A DNA stretch of 62,699 nt, filler included, from Kipferlia bialata (lineage: Eukaryota): the NCBI GenBank assembly GCA_003568945.1. It is 6 parts of 6 records of this genome, joined end to end, with 100 filler letters (N's around TTAATTAATTAA, not from the genome) between each part and the next. Parts side by side here need not be neighbours in the genome. Positions count along the whole stretch, not along the records: positions 1 to 13,124 come from BDIP01000987.1; 5 more parts are not named here. One strand, 5' to 3'. A program made the translations under genes and the position numbers. Positions 1 through 11,109 of the stretch are shown piece after piece (positions within the stretch are counted from its first letter, which is position 1; every line of letters starts with the position of its first letter). The notes below the pieces were generated by a model. It was not told where the DNA came from, searched no databases, and saw only the letters and a list, made by a program, of their open reading frames with translations.

Positions 1-51
<51 letters not shown>

Positions 52-190
52 GTAGCCACCTCAACCACACACAAGGACATACATAGGACGGGAGAGGAAG
101 GTATACAAAGGAAATGGGGTCTAGTAATGACGCCGCAGGGTCAGTTGACCACCCCTGACTCAATCTGAGTGTTGATACGGTTGTCCCTAC

Positions 191-411
191 CTGGGTGTAT
201 CTCTGATGGTGGAGGTGGGCCACTTCAGGTTCTGGGCGCTGGTGTATTCCCTGCTCACCCCCTCCCCGCAGGCAGACCAGGTCCACTCAGACACAGCCTC
301 AGCCTCATCTCTACAGCACGTCTCCTCCACATTCACCTTCACACATACAACTCCAGTCTTGAGAGGGGTGGAATCCAGGAGGATGTTTGCACTCGGGGCA
401 AGCGTCATCTC
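191..411 (-). CDS. Probable internal exon of an uncharacterised gene running off the contig start
   Basis: Open minus-strand frame (…MTLAPSANILLDS…RDTP) bounded by a TAG acceptor and a GTAG donor; no recognisable family. Confidence 0.3.
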
Positions 412-558
412 CTAGTACCAATACAGTGACTGTATGAGGGGCAGGGATGCCTATGGGGTCACCCAGGTTGGAGAGACGTCTTCACGTCTGTCTCTCCACG
501 TTTCATCCGATCTTTTCCGGCCTGATATCAGCAGGGTCCCCTCTCTTCTGTCAGAGTG

Positions 559-1176
559 ATGGAGAGTCTGCCTGTGGACACTGTGACCTACATCACTGCT
601 AGTCAGCTGTCTGGGTGGCTGCGTGATGCCTCCACAAGGGCCTCCTGCCACGTGGTGGATGTGAGGTGAGCGTGTATCTATACCTATAGTGTCTCTATCT
701 ATACCTTCCCATACCAACTGTCAGGCAGGAGGACAGGGAGGCCGGGTGGATCAAGGGGTCTGAGAATGTGCCCATTGACCGGCTCGATGAGCAGCTCGAG
801 TGGCTGTTAGGTTAGTCTCCATTACATAGTGAATAATGATATTTCTTGTATTCTAAAGATATCATGCACCTAACTGGAAGGGCAGAACCGCCAGAAGAGT
901 GCGATTGTCTTCCACTGCATGTACTCCCAGGTCAGGGGACCCAAGGCCGCCATGAGGTTCCTTTCCCATTGCAACAAGGACACTAGGTATTATCGATGTT
1001 AATGTGCAACACACACACACATTCTCTCTCTCTCTCTCTCTCTCTCTCCCCCCCCCCCTTCTCCCCTAACTCACCCCATGCCTCGTAAGGTTGCCATCTG
1101 CATTCTGACCGGGGGTTATGTGGACTTTGCCGAGGCCAACCCTGATCTGGTTGTCGAGGGTAAGGGGTACTGGTGA
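559..1176 (+). CDS. Rhodanese-fold Cdc25-like phosphatase / arsenate reductase (ACR2/Ych1/Ibp1 type), about 4 exons
   Basis: Hand-spliced: MESLPVDTVTYITASQLSGWLRD…VVDVR/QEDREAGWIKGSENVP…/IVFHCMYSQVRGPKAA…/ICILTGGYVDF…GKGYW*. HC(X5)R active-site loop plus 'VDVR', 'GxIKGS' and 'LxGG' rhodanese motifs. Confidence 0.85.
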
Positions 1177-1626
1177 GACATACACCAGATCCCCTCCCTG
1201 CTCTTGCGGGTGAGTCGTTCCATCCCGACAAACTTCCAGCACTTCAGTAGCCCTCGTCTTTCACGGGTTGGGGGGAGATGGAGAGGCATCCTATACCCCA
1301 CTCATCCATACCACATTAAGAGCTCGGAAATGATGTGTTTCGGCAGGTATTGACTGCATCGCTTCAGCCTTAGTGATTGAAGTCCCCTTCGACTCATAGG
1401 TGTACCAGTGACTTCCGTCCAGTTAACACGATATATTACTAGTAGTGATAGGGTCTCAGCAGCAATAGACACAGAGGTGGGCAGTATCAAGCCAGGAACG
1501 GCATTGACAAGTATTGAATACACCTCGTGACAAGCTGAGACTGGGAAGAGTATATATATAGAGATAGATCCACACACCCTCAGACGGGTATCCACACATG
1601 ACACTCTGCACACTAGACAGCCCAGA

Positions 1627-3371
1627 CTAGGCCGTGACCACCCTCGGCTTCTTGAGGAGCAGGGACCTCACCGTCGATGTCTCGTCATAGTCTCCAAGGT
1701 GGTACCTGGGGTGGGTACACATATACATATATGCATATAGACATATATAGTTAATGTACCTTCTGATAAGGAACCTGGACCAGTAGCTAGTGAGCATGAC
1801 CTGGGACACCAGCCACACATAGGCAGCAATGGAGAATATCCACTCATAGCTGGGGTCAGGGACATGAAAATGGTGTGGGGTGAACGCATACATACACATA
1901 TATATACATATACTTAGGTATATACGTACAGTCCGAAGCTGAGCATGAAGTGGCCTGGGCAAGGAGACATCAGGGAGCAGCATGTGCCATAGTAGTCACA
2001 GGGGACAGGCTCAATGGGGCTAAGAGTAAGTGGTGAGAGGATGGGGAGGAAGTATACTTACAACTACCAGAAAGAGATAAGAGAATGAGAGAGACGCACC
2101 CATAGTCCAGGTAGAGGGTCCTAGCCACACACAGAAGCAGGACCAAGATGGCAAGAGACCCGGCGATACCTGAGGTGAGACATTAGATCGAGAGAGTGGA
2201 GTTGAGATGACTCAGACCCCATACCGGATATGCTGCGTCTGACGCGTGTGTATGCTGTGACAGTGAGGCCCTGGGACTTGGCCTGGGTCAAGTGGTGCTC
2301 AAGACCGTGCTGAGGCATCAGTGGGGGAGGGGAAGAGAGGGAAGGGGGGTAGAGGAAGAGACACACCTTGACGAAGAGACCTGCCACGACCAAGGTGCCG
2401 AAGGTGATGAAGGCACATGTGTTGTGAACATCCACACTACGGCAGAGGCCTCCAAACACAGGGTAGGGGTCAGGGTGGAATATACCCACTCCCATGAGAG
2501 CAAGTCCTAGGGTGAGAGGATAAGATATGGATATATAGATATGCAGATACGGACTGTCACAGCACATTGAATGTGCCGCATACCTAGCACCAGCCCACTG
2601 AACACAGTGCCAGCAGCACACTTGGCCTGCCTGTGGATGGGGTGGGCAAACACCTAGGGGTTGGGGGTGGGGGGGGGATAGGCAGTGCAGAGGGTTATGC
2701 ACATAAATAGTGATATCAGTGTGGAAATACCCATATATATATAGACAGATAGACCGCACCAGACTGACAGCAAAGAGGCCTATCATGATGCAGAGACCGC
2801 CACACACAAAGGCTGCTGTGAAGTACATGCACCCCTCAGGGTTCATGTCACATGACCCGGCATCTGATATGTTGACAGCCAGTCTGGACAGGCCCTCCAC
2901 AGGGACATAGGTGCTGGGATAAGAGGCATGCGCTAGAGGGGGAGGGGGCATAGGAGAGACATCTACTACCATGGTAACAAAAGGGATGACGCAATGCTCC
3001 ACCAGATCCAATTACCTTATCCTCACCTGTTAGATATAAAGTACAGGACCACAAAGGCGGCATTGAGGGGAATGAAGAGCCAGAGGGCAATGCCCAGAAT
3101 GGCCGGAAGCCAGTCATACTTGACTGCAATCTTCCAAAAGGGCCTTGCTGGGATAAGCACAAAGAGAGTGGATACTGACCATTGAATCAATGCACATATA
3201 TAGACCCACTCGTGCTATATCTACGGTGTCTACCGATACCACTTCCCTTGCGATGCAATACACAATTGATATAACTGCTATACCTATGAAAATATGCATG
3301 AAGTCCACATAATGACGACAGACAAAGGCTCTTTGTATACTACTCAATGAACCAACCTTTGTATGGCACAT
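1627..3371 (-). CDS. Frag1/DRAM/Sfk1 (TMEM150-like) multi-pass membrane protein, multi-exon; start uncertain
   Basis: Several hydrophobic helices with 'NISDAG…PEG', 'HNTCAFITFG' and 'YEWIF' motifs typical of the family; ends KKPRVVTA* at 1627. Confidence 0.6.
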
Positions 3372-3694
3372 ACAGATTCTCCCTGTCTACAAACTCAGAC
3401 ATAGACGGTTCCCGCACAACCTGGGTCTGGGTCACGTCAGCACTCATCGGAGGTACGGCAAGAAGGCAGGGTTTTCAAGAAGCAATCAATCAATGTGACT
3501 GCACTGACTATCGTGTTTTCGAGGTTTTTCCCAAGGGTTCATCTAGCAACGGCCCTGCTAGTAACCCGCTGTGTGATGCTGGGGCAGGATGTTGATCCTT
3601 CGAATAACACATATCAGGCAACTATTCCTCTATGACATGATATATGAGTTCGATTAATGAATGATTGCTCCTTAGGCCAACAGGATGCTCTCTA

Positions 3695-5040
3695 TTACTC
3701 TGCCTTCCTCTTGCCTGTGGGTGGCTGTGACACCGACCTCTTCTCCTTGGTGTCTGGGTCTCTGTCTAGGGGGACAGCGGCAGGGGGTCTGGAGATGTCC
3801 AGCTTGTTGGCCCCCTTCCACCCAGACTGCTGCTCCCCACTGTCCCGGATGTCGCCACGCACATTCTGAAGGGTCAGAGGATGGGCATACACACTGTCTA
3901 TGTGATAGGTTGAGAGAGGGGACAACATGCCGCACCTTGAACACTATGCCATACACCATCTTGACAATCTGCAGGGACCAGTACACAAACAGGAGGTAGA
4001 TGCCTACAAGGCCCACAGGCCATGTGTACTTGCCCTGGGGTGAGGGTGACATACACGAACTCAGTCACTAACAGCCCGTGACAAGCCGATAAGACCAAAG
4101 AGATGATAATAATACCTGCAAGAAGGCATAAGGGTGCCTCTCATCCAATATAGACCCTGCTTGGCTGAAGTGCTTCCAGACCGGCACAAACATGTATGGG
4201 TAGTATACCACCCTGATGCCGATGAAGGACAGGGCGAAGATACCGAAAGAGTACACGCTCACATACCTGGGGTGAGACATAACAGAGGGACACGCATACA
4301 CAGAGATGCACCCGAGGTAAGATATGGTATATATATATAGCAGCATGATCCCGTACTCTCCGAGTGTGTAGTTGATGAGCTTGGACAGCTCTAGGAAGAC
4401 ATCGGAGAAGTCAGCTATGCAGGCCAGGAAGACACCGAATCGGATGTACTGCATTCGATAGGAGCAGACTAACATGGCGAGGGTGATGCCTGGAGGTTAA
4501 GAGAAGGGGGGGGGGGTTGTCTAATACATACATCGCTGATGGTAGGAACTCGAGTCAATGATGTAGATTATGAATCTATATGCGGCAAATACAATACACG
4601 ACACTCACCATGGTGTAGCCACATCACTAAGGTGTCCGAGTACCCCTTCCTACCAGTGAGGGGAGATAGAGGAACAAGTCAAAGAGAGTGACTTGGAGAG
4701 TAGAATAGCAGTCCTCTTCATATGATATGGTATTCCTCTTACCTGGAGTCACCTGCTAGGAACAGGCAGGCAACGACGTATGTGGACACCTGCATGATGT
4801 AGTACCAGCGGTAGATCTCCCTCCAGGGCGAACCACCGTAAGGGGCGTCAAACACTATCTGCCATGAGTCGGATGATAAGACACATGATACTGACAAAGC
4901 AATGCACCATCAGTACACTCATGACCAGGAGATACTACTTGAGACTCAACCAACCTCGTAGCTATCTACAAATATCCCATCCCCACACCCGATGTACAGG
5001 CCGACCAGGTAGAGGATGGTGTACTGGCCAAAGTAGTAGG
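3695..5040 (-). CDS. Lag1/LASS (TLC-domain) ceramide synthase, 5' part missing
   Basis: Exons give RKGYSDTLVMWLHH/GITLAMLVCSY…IADFSDVFLELSKLINY…FIGIRVVYYP…YWSLQIVKM…GDIRD: Lag1 motif (HH, DxxD) and C-terminal DxR. Confidence 0.85.
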
Positions 5041-5087
5041 CTGGGGGTAGGAGGAATAGAAATGAGGGAGGTGGAAGGAGGGGAGAG

Positions 5088-5119
<32 letters not shown>

Positions 5120-5166
5120 AACCCCCCCCCCCCGCCCCCCCCTTAATACATTACCCTTACTCCTAG

Positions 5167-6379
5167 GTGGAGGTGTCTGGTATGGTAGCTATGCCGCTGC
5201 TGAGGCCCAGAGGGTCATGACATCATCCCCCGCTCCCTCCTGCCCCCTGTCTGTGGTGACCAAGATGACTGAGGCCGACACCCCTCTCTTTGACTTCCCC
5301 CAGTCTGTCACAACATGTGTCCTGCCCTCACCAGTCTCCACAGTCAGTGTCAACACATACCCAGCCAAGGTATCACTCTTCGTGTACCGCCCCCACTGAC
5401 TATCATCATTAGTGCATGGGGACTCTACCTCTCTCTCTCTCTCTCTCTCCCCCCTTACCCCCTCTCTGACCCCCGTAGACCATGACTGCTAGGAGTGACA
5501 GGGTCACTGTGGTAAGGTCTCTGGCAGATGCATACACCATGGAGGATATCGCACAGGCTGCACAGCTCGTGGGGGAGTCATCACCGTCATGGTCCCCCTC
5601 TTCACCTTCTTCTCCCTCCTCCCCGTCCCTCCCCCCTGTGTCAGTCGATGCAGCTGAGTGCGTGCCCTGGGTTGTCCTCAGTGCCCTCTACTCAGAGTTC
5701 CCGCCCTTCCTCATCCCCCACCTCAAGGGCCAGTTCCAGGGGCACAGGCTGGCAGTGGATGTACAAGTACGTAATACATGATTGTATTGTATATATATAT
5801 GCATCTGTATGTGACTTATGCCAGGGCTTCCTGAGGCAGAGACAGGAGGATGGGTCCATCAAGCATGTGGCCCCCACCGGTCTCTTCGACCACATTGACT
5901 GGGTGGACATGGTGAAGCTGGATGACAAGGTGTGGCAATCATGGGTTCAGTATAGAGTATAGAGTGCGACGTCGTATGTAAGTGTCCTTAGTAACCCTCA
6001 GGAGTGTGAGACCATAGTCAACACCATGCTGGTCCCTCCCGCCACCCCAGGCCTTGACTCCAACGCCTGCACCCTCTCCTCTGCATATCCAGCCACTCTA
6101 TTCCTGCTATCCCACGGCAATGGAGTGCGTGTGTACCTAGATGGTAGGTGTGTATCTTCTGTGACCCCATGGGAGGGCATCACTGTGGACATCGAGTGCC
6201 GCACAGGGAGGGGCGACACCATCACTGGCTCCATGTGTTATGCCCTGTCCTGTGGCCTAGACATACCCCGTGCCCTGAGGGTGGCTGGGGTGGTGGTGAC
6301 ACAGAAGCTGCAGACGGTGGGGGTGGGGTACCAGGTAGGGGCAGAGGGCGAGGCCCAGATACAGGCATGTGTAGAATAG
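5167..6379 (+). CDS. PfkB/ribokinase-family carbohydrate kinase, extreme 5' end missing
   Basis: GGGVWYGSYAA…AVDVQ/GFLR…MVKLDDK/ECE…CRTGRGDTITG: N-terminal GG, 'DxQG' and the C-terminal TGxGD anion-hole motif. Confidence 0.75.
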
Positions 6380-6647
6380 ATAATTGTAACAGAGTTACAT
6401 AACGAAACGCGAGGGTTGTTGATGTCTTAAAGGGGAGAAGACATCAGGAAAGGAGTGAATAACTGGGTTCTCTTTAATACACTGCTTGGACTAGGCCCTG
6501 CAACACCTGAACGGTGCCATGACAGGGCCCCTCACACTACACACTCAGCAATAACAAGGACCCGGCCCAACAGACCAGATACATCACACAATACACACAA
6601 CACATAAATGATTCAACAGGTTAACAGCGGGGGTTGGCATACATCCT

Positions 6648-7374
6648 TTACAGGAGGGGGCACCATCCCTGGTTGCTCTGCTTGTCGCTAGAGCCGCTGA
6701 GCTTCCAGATCTCCCTGACAAGCTCGGTGAAGGACTCAACGACGTTGGTCCTGTCACGGGCTGAGGTGAGAATGAGACAACTATTATATGTACTAACAGT
6801 ATACACACATTTTAATCAGAACATGAGGGAGACATACATACACAAGCAAAGCCCTATACACATACAAAAGAGACACAATATACCAGCTATAGCCTACTAC
6901 AGTCTCCATCCACACAAATCACGTACCAGATGTCTCGAAGTGTGGCACTCCGAATGACTCTGCAAGCTTCTTGCCCTCGTCTGTCTCGACCTGGCGCTGG
7001 TTGGTCAGATCACACTTGTTGCCCACAATGACGATGGGGGCTGAGGAGGCGTCCTTGACCCTCAGAACGTGGTCACGAAGGGACACAACCTCCTCGAAAC
7101 TGGACCTGCTGGTGATGGAGTAAACGAGCAGGAAGCCGTCACCCTTGTCCAGGTACTGGTCTCTCATCGAGATGAAGGCCTGCTGGCCTGCAGTGTCCAG
7201 AATGTCAAGCATGACGGTCACATCGTCCACCTTCATGTGCTTCTTGTAGGTATCCTCGATTGTGGGATCATAGTCCTCAATGAAGTACCTCTGGACAAGC
7301 TGGATGGTCAGAGCACTCTTTCCCACACCACAGCTACCCAGAACAACAACAATGTGCTCTCTGAGAGTCGACAT
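6648..7374 (-). CDS. RAS: Ras-family GTPase, 2 exons (7374-6927, 6760-6648)
   Basis: GSCGVGKS, effector loop YDPTIEDTY, DTAGQ, NKCD, ETSA across the intron, C-terminal CaaX CPLL*. Confidence 0.95.
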
Positions 7375-7541
7375 TCTTCTGAAGACGATGCTGATTATCG
7401 CTGACAGTGAGGTCAAGACCTTTTGACACAAAGTGAAGGGCAGGGTCGCCTTCCAGACAACTGAGCACACCCTCTCTTGTAATGCACCAGTCTGTGCTAC
7501 TGGTACTCTGTTTACTATTCCTACAGACACTTGCAGTTAGC

Positions 7542-8261
7542 ATGGGGAAGGATGACACCCGCCCCGTGATCATGGTGCAGATGGGGTCCTTCAACCCAGT
7601 CACCCTGTCCCACCTGCTTGTGATTGAGCAGGCCAAGGGGCACTTTGAGCACAAGATGGGCCGGACGGTGGCAGGGTGCCTGATGTCCCCTGTCAGCGAT
7701 GGGTACCGGTGGCGGAAGCCCAACCTGCTTGACGGTGTGCACAGACTGGCCATGCTGGAGGGTGCCCTGGCCCCCTACCCCCACATTGCAGTGGATAGCT
7801 GGGAGTGCAGCCGGGCAGAGTGGACCAGGACCAAGGTGATCCTGGACCACGTGGCAGAGGACCACCCCGGCCACGCTGTGTGCCTGGTGGCTGGGATCGA
7901 CATGCTGGAGTCGATGGTGGACACCTCCATCTGGAACCCCAAGGACGTGGCAGCCATCCTCGACACATACTACATATACGCACTCCCCAGGCCAGGCGGC
8001 ATTGGCGGGAGGGACACGGAGGAGGTGAGGGACATCATTGCCCACACCCCCCACATGGCGGCCCACCTGCCCCACATCCAGATTGACACTGAGGCCATCC
8101 AGTCTGTGGTCAGTTCTAGTCTGGTCAGGGAGAGGGTGGGGCAGGGCATGTCGGTCAGGTTCATGGTGCCCGACCCTGTGCTAGAGTACATCGAGGCACA
8201 GGGTCTGTACCTGCCCAAGGTGGAGGCAGAGGCAGAGGCAGAGGCCGTGGTGGATCTGTAA
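7542..8261 (+). CDS. NMNAT: Nicotinamide/nicotinate mononucleotide adenylyltransferase, intronless
   Basis: GSFNPVTLSH, SPVSDGY, HRLAM, WE…WTRT, VSSSLVR, VPDPVLEYI…LY eukaryotic NMNAT motifs. Confidence 0.95.
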   Translation: MGKDDTRPVIMVQMGSFNPVTLSHLLVIEQAKGHFEHKMGRTVAGCLMSPVSDGYRWRKPNLLDGVHRLAMLEGALAPYPHIAVDSWECSRAEWTRTKVILDHVAEDHPGHAVCLVAGIDMLESMVDTSIWNPKDVAAILDTYYIYALPRPGGIGGRDTEEVRDIIAHTPHMAAHLPHIQIDTEAIQSVVSSSLVRERVGQGMSVRFMVPDPVLEYIEAQGLYLPKVEAEAEAEAVVDL

Positions 8262-8672
8262 GCTTAGTCAGTGTAGTAAGACATATGGATAACCCTGATG
8301 TGTTAAGTATTTGCACTCGTCTTCGGATGTCTGGTTGGTGTGCTACCAGTCTCTATTGAGTTTGCAGTCACCTGGGAGTAGTTGAGGAGTGGTCGGCTGG
8401 GCCGTAGCATCTATCAATCCCACCCATGTTGATATCCGCTATTCCGACATTCTGGCCGTACAATATTGATAGTACACCAGCAACCATAGTGACAGGTGAA
8501 AATAGAAGGATATCTATGATTGTCGGTGGCGTGTTCATAGATGTATGTCTCATATGTATGACACTGTTACAGTGTAGGAGAAGGATATTGGATTATGTTG
8601 TTTTTGGAGGGTTTATTCTTGTTGTGATACTGGTCCAGTAACTGGATGATAAGCCTCCTTCACCTGAGACTG

Positions 8673-9514
8673 ATGAGTACCATCCCAGAGGCCGTCACGG
8701 CCACAGAGTCCGCCCCAGGACACAGCGTGAATGCCTACCTGCGGCACAAGCTGTACCGCCTGGAGTGCGAGAGGTGGGTGGCAATGTTCTATTGACCTTG
8801 TAATTGATTGTGTGATGACGCCCCCCTCTAACAACCAGGGACTCCATGCAGACCAGGGTGGCTAGACTGGAGGCCAAGAGGAACGTGCTGAACCAGCAAG
8901 TGAGGCAGCTGTGGGAGGAGTCCATTCTGCTACAGGTGGGTGGGGCATGGTATAGTGGTGGGTCTACAGTGTGATGAGTACTGACTGTAGGAGAGCTCCT
9001 GCTCCCTGGCCGATGTCATCAAGCCACTGGGGGACAGGAAGGCACTGGTCAAGGTGCACCCAGACGGCCGCATGATCGTGGAGGTGGATCGCAAGGTATG
9101 GGTTGAAGTGTGTGTAGTATACTAGTGTATGATACGTACTGTTCCTCATACCCAGGTTGACATGGCAGAGGTGGTGGCCAACGCTAGGGTGGCCCTGAGG
9201 TCTGACTCCTACAAGCTGGTGCGTGTGCTGCCCAGCCAGGTCGACCCCCTCGTGGCATTGATGAAGGTGGGGGGAATGTGTGGAAGCTTCACTCCTGGTT
9301 AAGGGTGGTTTCGTATATATATATATATATACCTGTATCAGTCATGTATATACTGGTGCTAGACACGTTGTGAGGTCTTTGTTTCGCATGTGTGTTGTAC
9401 CAGGCGTCATTTAGAATTGTACCTGTTTCTCTGTGCCACTCTCCCTCACCCCAGGTCGAGAAGGTCCCAGACTCCACATATGATGTCATTGGAGGTCTGG
9501 ACAAGCAGATCAGG
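8673..9514 (+). CDS. RPT6: 26S proteasome AAA-ATPase Rpt6 (PSMC5), 5' five exons, truncated by a gap
   Basis: [16 protein letters not shown]…LVKVHPDGR…[46 protein letters not shown] is the Rpt6 signature. Confidence 0.92.
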
Positions 9515-9587
9515 GTGAGTGTATCATTGTATATATATCTCTCTCGCAAATATAGAGGCGCTTCTTCAAGTCCCCCCCCCCCTCTCC

Positions 9588-9618
<31 letters not shown>

Positions 9619-9860
9619 CCTCTACNNNNNNNNNNNNNNNNNNNNNNNNNNNNNNNNNNNNNNNNNNNNNNNNNCATCAGGGGTTTTTCATCGTCCCCCC
9701 CCCCCCCCCCCCCCCCTCTCTCTCTCTCTTCTTACTCCACTCTGTATACACTATGTCTCATCATCAGGAGTTCTTCATCGTGCCCAGACACCCTCTCTCT
9801 CTCTCTCTCTCTCTCTTCTATGCACTTCATATTGTTACACTATGCCTTCCTAACCCCCAG

Positions 9861-10669
9861 GAGTTCTTCATCGTTCCCAGACCCTCTGCCCGGGGTGACA
9901 ACCCATGGGACAAGTATGTGCTGGGGGGGTGCAAGACTAAGCTGTTCTCAAGGTGAGCATACCACTATTTGTGTACGCTAGTGCTATAGTCCAGGTGTCT
10001 TACGTTTCTCATCATTCTCCACATCTCTCTCAATCATTAGGATGGAGCAGCTAGTCATCTTTTCCAATGTATTATTAGTGATACGTGTAGCATGTGTGTC
10101 TTTACCCCAGAAAGGAGCAGCTAGCCATCCTGACCGATATATATGATGATTGTTTATTTTACTATACTATGTACTTCGATACATAGAATCATATATACAT
10201 ATAATCTAACAAACATATATATGTATACTCTAACCATAAGGAAGGAGCAGCTGGCCATCCTGACCCTGGGCAAGAGCCTCTCATTCCTGAGGGATGCACA
10301 GGACCATCAGTACAAGGTATATATACACTATAAGTATATATATATATATATATATATATGGTGTATATATATTCATATGTATATGTGTGTTTGTATTTAT
10401 GAGCCTTTCTTTCCTCAGAGATGCACAGGACCACCAGTACAAGGTATATATGCATGCACACACTATACTCTATATATGTATATATATTCATGTGTGTATG
10501 TACAAAGATTGGTGTGATAATATACACAGGACCACCAGTACAAGGTATATGTATTCATAGTAAAAATGTATTTCCAATACATACCAGATTCATCTCGCTG
10601 TCTCCCTCTCTGTCCATAGATGTAGCCCGTCTTACAGCAGCTCCCCCGCCCCCTCCTCTCTGAGAAACG

Positions 10670-10702
<33 letters not shown>

Positions 10703-10824
10703 AACTATATTAGTTTACGTCTCGTCTCACCCCAGCTCCCCCGCCCCCTGCTGTCTGAGGCACGTCTTGCAGGGGCATTCACAGTTGACAAGGCAGAGCC
10801 AGAGAGGGTGGCAAGGTGGGATAG

Positions 10825-10867
<43 letters not shown>

Positions 10868-11072
10868 ATCACAGTGGACAAGGCAGAGCCAGAGAGGGTG
10901 GCTAGGAACACTTGTATATTTCTCTCTCTCTCTCTCATACTCATTCTTTCCTCTCTCCTTGACGTGTCGCCAAATACTATTGTCTGTATACACTCTTCAT
11001 ATACAATGTGTATTACTGTGCATTGATACTGATACCAGCCGTGTCATGCCCTTTGTGGACGTGGCCTACAGA

Positions 11073-11109
<37 letters not shown>

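Noticed and set aside
1..49. Long G/C homopolymers at contig ends as telomeric or G4 elements
   Set aside because: They coincide with assembly breaks and their lengths are unreliable; no telomeric unit is seen.
9454..9960. RPT6-GCP3 fusion gene
   Set aside because: The two fragments are separated by an N gap (9626-9674) that must hide the RPT6 3' end and the GCP3 5' end, or is a mis-scaffold.
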